Below, in pieces: positions 56,816 to 64,000 of a stretch of DNA of 64,000 nucleotides. Under the pieces are notes generated by a model, which ran no database searches, was not told where the DNA came from, and was given only the letters and a program-made list of their open reading frames with translations. Position numbers and translations under genes: made by a program. Numbering within the stretch: the stretch's first letter is position 1; the number at the start of each line of letters is the position of its first letter. The stretch is taken from the NCBI GenBank assembly GCA_035291665.1, contig DATDRP010000004.1:22272-86271 (forward strand), written 5' to 3'. This DNA is from Patescibacteria group bacterium (lineage in GTDB: Bacteria; Patescibacteriota; Microgenomatia; UBA8517).

Positions 56816-57514
56816 TTAAAGTAAAAATTTCTGAATGATTCCTTTTGCCAATATAATGATTGTCTTATAGAGAATTTTGATGTCGTCTGAAATTGTTCCC
56901 GAATTGATATATTTTTTATCGAGCTCCATCCATTCGGAAAAACTCATACTGTGAGCGCCTGAGACGACCCAGGAACTGGTGATCCCCGGTTTGACCAGTC
57001 TTCGTACTTTATGAACATTTTTAAGCTTGTTCTCTTCGTCAACCGGCAATGGGCGCGGGCCGACTATGCTCATTTCACCTTTGAGTACATTCCAAAGCTG
57101 CGGAATTTCATCAAGTCCTGTTTGAAATAAAATTTTTCCAATCGGTGTCAAGCGGGGATCGTTTCTGATTTTGAATACAGGTCCATCAGCTTCGTTGAGC
57201 TTTTTAAATTTTACTTGAAGCTTATGGGAGCCTTCTTTCATGGTACGGAACTTGAACATCCTGAAATTTTTGCCGTTTTTTCCAACCCTTTCCTGAATAA
57301 AAATTACGGGTCCGCCGTTTGCGAGCTTGAGAAGCAGGAAAATAATTAAATTAGGAGGCAGTAAAATAATCAGTCCCAGAATTGAAAGCGTCAGATCAAA
57401 AAGCCTTTTGCTCAAAGAAACATGATATAAACTAACGGTAGATTTGTTTGACATCACGTAAGTATAAATGCAGAAGCGCGTGGATGTGAAGAATTGAATG
57501 TAAATTGATTGCAA
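56816..57514 (-). CDS. Priming phosphoglycosyl (sugar) transferase; true start probably at MSNKS
   Basis: KRLFD, KFRTM, DPRLT, LDEIPQLWNVLKGEMSIVGPRP, KPGIT. Confidence 0.93.
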   Translation of the reverse strand: MQSIYIQFFTSTRFCIYTYVMSNKSTVSLYHVSLSKRLFDLTLSILGLIILLPPNLIIFLLLKLANGGPVIFIQERVGKNGKNFRMFKFRTMKEGSHKLQVKFKKLNEADGPVFKIRNDPRLTPIGKILFQTGLDEIPQLWNVLKGEMSIVGPRPLPVDEENKLKNVHKVRRLVKPGITSSWVVSGAHSMSFSEWMELDKKYINSGTISDDIKILYKTIIILAKGIIQKFLL

Positions 57515-57576
57515 TAGATTACTAATATTCTCGCCAATAACTTTTCTATGAAGACTTAAATTAAGATTTAGTATCT

Positions 57577-57981
57577 CTAATGGATCAATTGACGGTTCAT
57601 GGGAATTACAGGAATATTAAAATCATCAAGATATTTCTCATCTGGATGCGCAACGAACCCCATTGAATTCCAGAATTTTATATCAATTGTTGCATCTTTC
57701 TTATTCGGGAGATAAGAAGCACGAACTTCAGCGAAATCTCCTCTTTGCAGCAATTTTATATACGACTCTACAAGCATCCTTCTATGATTTACATCTTTTG
57801 CTGAAGCTTCGACAATTGTTCCTGATTTCTCTGATACTGTTCCTATGAGATATCCAACCCTGTTCCCGTCAGTGTCATATACATGCAGAACTTGAATTTT
57901 TCCGTCTACATCCTGCACTACAATACGATCTTGATCAAGACCAATAATTTTACGATCTTTTGGTGACTCGCTGGCTGACAT
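57577..57981 (-). CDS. Hypothetical protein, possibly GNAT-like
   Basis: VGYL...KFWNSMGF resembles a GNAT C-terminal motif; weak. Confidence 0.55.
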   Translation of the reverse strand: MSASESPKDRKIIGLDQDRIVVQDVDGKIQVLHVYDTDGNRVGYLIGTVSEKSGTIVEASAKDVNHRRMLVESYIKLLQRGDFAEVRASYLPNKKDATIDIKFWNSMGFVAHPDEKYLDDFNIPVIPMNRQLIH

Positions 57982-58167
57982 ATTATTAGCGCGACTTTAT
58001 CACAACTTAGTTTGTAAGACAACTTTTTACAATATCTTTTATGAAGAAGTAGTCGAAAAGACAACCAATTGAAGCTATTAAATTCAATAATTATTATTGA
58101 CAATTGAAACATTATAAAATAATAACGTTCTGCTTTGTGCGAGGAATAATAATTTTATTTAAAATAA

Positions 58168-59154
58168 GTGAAATATTCATATCATAAAAGATTGCCAAAA
58201 AAACACGGATTTGGGATGCACTTCTCAATAGTGATTCCAACACGGAACAGGTGTTTATTTTTGGAAAGTTTGTTGAAAAATATATCCCGACTTGAATATG
58301 ACAAAAATAAGATTGAGCTGATCGTTGTTGATAACAGGAGTATTGATGACACTCGAAAAATTGTAAAAATATTTATAAAAAATAATCCTAAGCTCACGAC
58401 TTATTATTTATATAAAGCAGAAATAGGACCATCGTATGCGAGAAACTCCGGTATTAAAAAAGCGAAATTTTCTCATGTTGTATGCATCGATGACGATGTT
58501 TTGATAGAAAAAGACCTTCTTTTGAGGCTTGCTTCGATATTTGAAAGACATCCGAAGGCAGCACTCGTGGGCGGAAAAAACATTGCCATATCGCCTTACA
58601 ACAAAAGATTAGAATATTTTATGAAGCTATTAAACAAAGATGTTTGGGTGTTTGCCCATACTGTACGGAAAGAAAAAAGCGTATCTGAACTTCAATATCC
58701 GGATATGCTTATGTCGGCTTGTATTTGCATAAATAGAAATGTTTTTGATGGTTTTTTTTCTGAAAATTTTGGCAGGGAATATGGAAATTTTATGATTTTT
58801 GCAGAAGATACGGAATTATGTTTCAGGTTAATCCTTGAAGGTAAAATTGTAATTTATGACCCATCACTGGTAAGCAAACATGTGATATCGGAAAATAAGC
58901 TTACCTTCAAATATATTTTAAAAAGATTTTATCAAACGGGGGTTGAGCAAAGAATTCTTGATGATATGTTATCGAAAAAAGGATTGAGTATGATCTTCCA
59001 AAAAAACTTATATGAAATATACGGATATGTAAAATTGGCTATGAAGCTAAAAAACATTGAATGTATTGTAGTATTAGCAAAAGAAATTACTCTTTTATTG
59101 GGATATAAATCATTGAGAGCCAAAGAAATATTAAAGGAAATTAATCTGCATTAG
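58168..59154 (+). CDS. GT2 family glycosyltransferase
   Basis: FSIVIPTRNR, VVDNRSIDDT, SYARNSG, IDDD, AEDTELC. Confidence 0.9.
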   Translation: MKYSYHKRLPKKHGFGMHFSIVIPTRNRCLFLESLLKNISRLEYDKNKIELIVVDNRSIDDTRKIVKIFIKNNPKLTTYYLYKAEIGPSYARNSGIKKAKFSHVVCIDDDVLIEKDLLLRLASIFERHPKAALVGGKNIAISPYNKRLEYFMKLLNKDVWVFAHTVRKEKSVSELQYPDMLMSACICINRNVFDGFFSENFGREYGNFMIFAEDTELCFRLILEGKIVIYDPSLVSKHVISENKLTFKYILKRFYQTGVEQRILDDMLSKKGLSMIFQKNLYEIYGYVKLAMKLKNIECIVVLAKEITLLLGYKSLRAKEILKEINLH

Positions 59155-59182
59155 TTTCCGAATGTGTTTTTACCGTGGGAGT

Positions 59183-59902
59183 TTACAAAGTAAAACTGAA
59201 AAGTACAAGTTCAAAAAATCCTTGAAGAGCTCCATTGAATATTTTCAGACCATTTGTTTTTTTATGAGGATTTCTGTATTCAACCGGTATGTGGTGCAAA
59301 TTAATTTTATCCTTTGCAGCCAGTATTGAGAGATGTATATTCGGTGCAAAAACTTCAGTTTTCACTTTTGGAAGCAGCTTGCGAAGATATGAAGTCTTTA
59401 TCAATCGAAAAGGAATATTTGCATCTTTGATATGGACTCTGAAAGATAAAGTTATCCAGTATTTAATTACTGCGGTTAAAATTTTACGAAAAAACGGATC
59501 GTCTCTTCTTTCACGATGCCCCAAAATAAAAGGGGAGGTGTTTCTGACATCCCAAAGCTTGTAAAAATCACTTGGAGTGAAATGGCAATCCGAATCAGTC
59601 TGAAAAACCCAAAAATGTTTTGATTTTACTGCCAAATCATACCCGGACCTTATCGTTTTTCCATGACCTTCATTAATTTTATTGATAATTTTCAGGAATT
59701 TATATTTTTTCTTGAGTTTGCCAAGTAAATATTTTGTTTTATCTGTTGATCCGTCGTTGACCACAAGCATTTCCGAAAAAGGTAACGATTTTATAACCGG
59801 TGCCCAGGATGTGATACAGCGTGTAATATTTTTTTCTTCATTAAAAGCAGGGATTATGAATATTACAGTTTCTTTTCGTTTCAATTTTGTTATCCTATTC
59901 AC
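59183..59902 (-). CDS. GT2 polyprenol-phosphate sugar synthase-like glycosyltransferase
   Basis: IPAFNEE, VNDGSTD, NEGHG, TDSD, DANIPFRL. Confidence 0.9.
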   Translation of the reverse strand: MNRITKLKRKETVIFIIPAFNEEKNITRCITSWAPVIKSLPFSEMLVVNDGSTDKTKYLLGKLKKKYKFLKIINKINEGHGKTIRSGYDLAVKSKHFWVFQTDSDCHFTPSDFYKLWDVRNTSPFILGHRERRDDPFFRKILTAVIKYWITLSFRVHIKDANIPFRLIKTSYLRKLLPKVKTEVFAPNIHLSILAAKDKINLHHIPVEYRNPHKKTNGLKIFNGALQGFFELVLFSFTL

Positions 59903-59905
59903 AGA

Positions 59906-60724
59906 ATGAAATACAAAAAATCCTTTACGTCTTCAAGAATATACCAGCTTATTTCTAAAGAGAAGGTGGAATATCTGCGTTATTATTTTGATTTTTTATG
60001 GGCGATGACCGAAAAAGAAATTAAGGCCCGCTACAAAAAAGCTGTTTTCGGATTTTTATGGGTGATTCTTAATCCGATTTTACAAATGGTAGTGATAGGA
60101 TTAATTTTTTCTTATTTTATTAAAATTCCAAACTATTTCTTATTCTTGTTCTCGGGACTTCTGCCATGGCAATTTTTTTCCTTATCGCTTTCAAAAGCAA
60201 CTCCTTCAATTGTCTACGAGCGGACACTTCTACAAAAAGCCAGGTTTCCAATTGAAGCCATTCCACTCTCGTTGATTTTATCAAATTTTATCAATATGAT
60301 TATTTCATTTGTTCTCTTGATCATCGTATTATCTTTTTGGCAAAAAGTTATATTCCCTCAGATATTACTACTCATTCCTGCTTTATTATGGCTTTTAATT
60401 TTTACAATAGGATTATCGCTTCTGACGACCAGCTTGAATGTAAAGTGGAGAGATGTGAGTTTTTTTATACAAACTGTGCTTATATTATGGTTTTATGCAA
60501 CTCCCATTTTATATCATCTTTCTCTAATACCGCGAATCCTACATCCTGTCTTTAATTTGAACCCTTTAACTTCAGTTTTTGAGTTGGTGCACATCTCACT
60601 TATAAATCAGGGATTTTTAGATTTTCAAACTCTGCTACTTAATTTATTATTGACGATTATAGTACTTATTGCCGGGATACTGGTTTTTAGGAAAGAGAGT
60701 AAATATTTTAGCGATTGGCTATGA
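59906..60724 (+). CDS. wzm: ABC-2 polysaccharide export permease
   Basis: EIKARYK..VFGFLWVILNP, RDV, FYATPILY, LNP. Confidence 0.9.
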   Translation: MKYKKSFTSSRIYQLISKEKVEYLRYYFDFLWAMTEKEIKARYKKAVFGFLWVILNPILQMVVIGLIFSYFIKIPNYFLFLFSGLLPWQFFSLSLSKATPSIVYERTLLQKARFPIEAIPLSLILSNFINMIISFVLLIIVLSFWQKVIFPQILLLIPALLWLLIFTIGLSLLTTSLNVKWRDVSFFIQTVLILWFYATPILYHLSLIPRILHPVFNLNPLTSVFELVHISLINQGFLDFQTLLLNLLLTIIVLIAGILVFRKESKYFSDWL

Positions 60725-61455
60725 GAAATTCTTATGTAATTGAAGTCAAAAATATTGGTAAAAAGTACATTCTGCACCACGAAAAACCCACTTTGGTTGA
60801 AAGTGTAATTGCAAAAAGTAAGAAGGAGGAATTTTGGGCATTAAGACATGTCAATTTGAATGTTAGAAAGGGCGAGCGAGTGGGTATAATTGGTTCAAAC
60901 GGTTCAGGAAAAACTACACTTCTTAGAATAATTGTAGGAATAACCAATCCAACAGAAGGCAGTGTAGAAACTTCTGGGAAAATAGTTTCACTTATTGATT
61001 TGGAGGCAGGTTTCCATCCTGAATTAACAGGAGAAGAAAATATTTATTTGAACGGAATGCTCGTTGGAATGTCAAAAAAGGAGATCGGTCTAAAATACAG
61101 AAAAATTATAAGTTTTTCCGGAATCGGTAAATTTATAGACACTCCGTATTATATGTATTCGTCCGGGATGAAATTAAGACTCGGTTTTTCTGTTGCAATA
61201 AATTCCGATCCGGAAATTTTGATATTGGATGAAAATATATCGGTAGGAGATCAGGAATTCAGAGAGGAATCGTTCAAGAAATTGAATGAACTATTCAGGA
61301 ACAAGAAGACAATAATAACAGTTTCGCATGACCTTTGGTTTATCAAAAACAGTTGCGACCGAATCATTTGGTTCGATAGAGGAATTATAAAAAAAGACAG
61401 TAGGGGAAAAGGTATTTTGCGCCAATATCAGGAGTATTCGAGTAGAAATAATTAA
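60715..61455 (+). CDS. wzt: ABC polysaccharide export ATPase
   Basis: GSNGSGKTT, GFHPELTGEENI, YSSGMKLRLGF, LILDE. Confidence 0.93.
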   Translation: MAMRNSYVIEVKNIGKKYILHHEKPTLVESVIAKSKKEEFWALRHVNLNVRKGERVGIIGSNGSGKTTLLRIIVGITNPTEGSVETSGKIVSLIDLEAGFHPELTGEENIYLNGMLVGMSKKEIGLKYRKIISFSGIGKFIDTPYYMYSSGMKLRLGFSVAINSDPEILILDENISVGDQEFREESFKKLNELFRNKKTIITVSHDLWFIKNSCDRIIWFDRGIIKKDSRGKGILRQYQEYSSRNN

Positions 61456-61514
61456 TCCTCCAATATTTGTCAAAATGGAATTAAGATCTACGTGTCCAAA
61501 TAAAATGAAATAAT

Positions 61515-62792
61515 TTATTTTTCAGTTCCGGAAATAATATGTGTGTTTGTCTTGTGAATCGGTTTTAGAAATTTCTGAATATTCGCTTTTGCTTTTTCGT
61601 AACTGTATTTTTCCTTTACGGTTATTATCGCACTAGAGGTTATTTTCTTAATCTCAGCTGAATTTAGATTTCGAACCTGTCTGAGTGAATTGAGAATTTC
61701 ATCCTGACCAGGAGATGTTAAAAAACCGTTTTTTCCATGCTTTATGATTTCCTTTCCGCCACCTTTATTGCTGGCTATAACGATAAATCCCATGGCCATA
61801 GCCTCGATGGTAGTAAGTCCGAATGGTTCATGTCTCGACGGAAAAACTGCAATTCCTTTAAGATTTGTCAATAATTCAATCAGGGTTTCTTTTTGGTCAA
61901 ACCTGGGAAAGACGAAAATTCGCTCAAAAATATTCTGTGGAATTTTTAGTGTGCCTAGAAATTGATCGAACGAAACCTTAGTATTGCGCACAAGAAAGTT
62001 GTTTTTTTTATCACCGATTAGAAACAATTTAATATTACGATCTTTTCTTGCTAACGTTGCGAATGCGCGGATTAATAAATCAACCCCTTTTCGATATTCC
62101 AAACGTCCAAAATGAATCAGGTTATTCGAATTTAATTTTTTGTAATTTATGTAAATATTTGGGTCAATAAAGTTAGGTAATATTGAAACATTTTCAGATA
62201 GTTGAGGAAATAATTTTGATACATAATCTTTTACATTTTTACTGCATGCGATGTATCTACCGGTCTTGAATTGAATAAATTTGTGCTCCAATAAGGATAG
62301 GAGTCGATCATCAGTATTTGGCCGATTATATTTATTGATAGAACTTTGTAAACCCTGCAGATATAAATAAGAAATGGGTTCTTTGTAAAAAAGTCTAATT
62401 AAGAATGCAGGAAAATCATATGAGGGGGAGTGAATTGCGTCAAATTTATATTTTTTATGATATTCACGGAAATATAATAATGAAAATACGTTCCAATCGA
62501 TTACGAATATTAGGTGTGGAATAAATCTCTTTAAAAAACTTCTTATTACCCCAAAAGGGATCCTGTAATATATAAAATTAAATATTTTATTTTCAGTTTT
62601 AAACGGTACATAAATGACGGTAAATTTGTCTTTGTTATCAATTTTGCGAAGAGTATCCGATGGGTTACAAGTAAATACAAAAACCTTATATCCCAGACTT
62701 GAAAGTATCTGAGCTAATCCCAAATTAAAAGTCGCAATTCCACCCCAATTAGTAAATGGAGGAAATTCGGGGGAAATAATTGCAATGTTCAT
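61515..62792 (-). CDS. GT4 family glycosyltransferase
   Basis: GGIAT, FGRLEYRKG, EPFGLTTIEAMA. Confidence 0.92.
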   Translation of the reverse strand: MNIAIISPEFPPFTNWGGIATFNLGLAQILSSLGYKVFVFTCNPSDTLRKIDNKDKFTVIYVPFKTENKIFNFIYYRIPFGVIRSFLKRFIPHLIFVIDWNVFSLLYFREYHKKYKFDAIHSPSYDFPAFLIRLFYKEPISYLYLQGLQSSINKYNRPNTDDRLLSLLEHKFIQFKTGRYIACSKNVKDYVSKLFPQLSENVSILPNFIDPNIYINYKKLNSNNLIHFGRLEYRKGVDLLIRAFATLARKDRNIKLFLIGDKKNNFLVRNTKVSFDQFLGTLKIPQNIFERIFVFPRFDQKETLIELLTNLKGIAVFPSRHEPFGLTTIEAMAMGFIVIASNKGGGKEIIKHGKNGFLTSPGQDEILNSLRQVRNLNSAEIKKITSSAIITVKEKYSYEKAKANIQKFLKPIHKTNTHIISGTEK

Positions 62793-62888
62793 TTTTTATT
62801 GAGTCCGACTGAATGGTTTCTCTTTTGATTTTTTATTCAAAATTAAAGATTTGACTGATAAGAGTTCAGTATTGCAGTGCATATTAAA

Positions 62889-63998
62889 TTAATTGATCAC
62901 CTTTACGATATCAGATACCTTTTTCTCCCAGCTATTGTTCTTAGCCAACAACTTTTGTTTTAATTGATAATTTCGAGGCCATGCATTAGACAATAACGAT
63001 TTGATTATATTTTCCCATTCTTTACTACTGTTACCGATTTTTACAAATCTTGGAAATCTTTTTAATTCTTTAATGGGGGTAGAAACAACAGGTATCCCGA
63101 TATAAAAATATTCAAACACTTTCATCGGATAACTATATTTATTAAAATTCATTGAAACATCGTAAGGTATGACTCCCATATCGAAATATTTAATTATTTC
63201 TTTTACAACCTTTTTGCTTGAAGTTCTTGGTATCATATAGACATTTTGTAAAGAAATTAATATTTTAATATTCTCTTCTAATTTTGTTTTTAGTTTATCT
63301 TCACCCGTCTGTTCAAAAGATTTAGTAAATACGAAAGAAATATGAGGTAGCCTGCGAATAGTGTTTATAAGAAGATCGTAATCCAATCTAAAATTCAAAT
63401 TTCCTATATAACCAACAATTGGCTTCGGAATTTTTTTAAATATTTGTTTTAACTTATCTAATTCTCCTTTTTCATAATTCGATGGAGTCTGGTTTTTTTG
63501 ATATGTATCCAAATCAAAACCCTGGGGTACAATAGATGTTGGGGTTTTTGTTTTGCGTTTAAGATTATAAAGTGTGTGCGAGTTAACAAAAAAATAATCA
63601 ACTTTTTTTATTAACCTTCTTTCTGATTCGTGAACTATTTTTGCGAGTTTATTATTCGAGGAGGTAAAAAAATCGACACAGTCATATAAAGTAATAGATT
63701 TGTTTTTCATAAAGTTAGCTAATAAATAATTTTGAAAGTCGAAATTCCAGATAATGGGCTTTTCAAAATGCAATCTTATCCAAGTCGCTAAAATAAAGCT
63801 ACTTATAAAAATATCAATAGAAGCTATTGTTTGATATCTATGAAATCTTAGTGGTGTTAGCCTGACAGGGTAGTGTACAAAAATTTGTGAACTCTTTTTT
63901 AACACTTCACTCATAAATGTGGCTGAAAGTTTATGTTTCGGTTTACTCCTAAAGACCCACTTAGAGTTTTGTAACGGGATTATTATAACAATGTACCC
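62889..63998 (-). CDS. GT-B glycosyltransferase (5' end runs off the window)
   Basis: YDCVD, PIVGYIG, PMKVFEYF..GIPVVST; frame is open upstream of 63914 to the window edge. Confidence 0.85.
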   Translation of the reverse strand, partial: GYIVIIIPLQNSKWVFRSKPKHKLSATFMSEVLKKSSQIFVHYPVRLTPLRFHRYQTIASIDIFISSFILATWIRLHFEKPIIWNFDFQNYLLANFMKNKSITLYDCVDFFTSSNNKLAKIVHESERRLIKKVDYFFVNSHTLYNLKRKTKTPTSIVPQGFDLDTYQKNQTPSNYEKGELDKLKQIFKKIPKPIVGYIGNLNFRLDYDLLINTIRRLPHISFVFTKSFEQTGEDKLKTKLEENIKILISLQNVYMIPRTSSKKVVKEIIKYFDMGVIPYDVSMNFNKYSYPMKVFEYFYIGIPVVSTPIKELKRFPRFVKIGNSSKEWENIIKSLLSNAWPRNYQLKQKLLAKNNSWEKKVSDIVKVIN

Positions 63999-64000
63999 CT

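Noticed and set aside
1-64000. Alternative genetic code (TGA=Gly)
   Set aside because: Conserved genes (leuS, mgtA, atpC) end at TGA at expected lengths, and long ORFs are unbroken under code 11.

Overview
AT-rich bacterial genome segment using the standard code 11 (TGA terminates leuS, mgtA and others). Gene content and style suggest Patescibacteria/CPR, probably Microgenomates (inference): short atpC, split comEC, IDI-2, PaaX-like regulator, many ORFans and repeat-derived insertions in housekeeping genes. Housekeeping genes: end of atpD, atpC, leuS, comEA/comEC, argS, mgtA, M16 peptidase, adenylate kinase-like, rsmI, mreB, fni and a surface-glycan locus with wzm/wzt. The main finding is a ~19.5 kb minus-strand cluster (21384-40897) that looks like a two-tier cellulosome-like system. 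It has a membrane-anchored cohesin, a scaffoldin (2 cohesins, CBM32, X-module, divergent dockerin) and eight exported proteins carrying near-identical dockerins. The second finding is two 'Russian-doll' loci where an intact tRNA-Arg lies inside the two ends of another Arg-type tRNA (7734-7916 and 48725-49020). Also seen: a PaaX/Cas2-fold gene bracketed by two 38-bp palindromic sites, two IS200/IS605-type miniature elements, and 6-8-mer and palindromic repeats inserted in frame in leuS, argS, rsmI and fni. All domain calls come from motif recognition by eye, not database searches.
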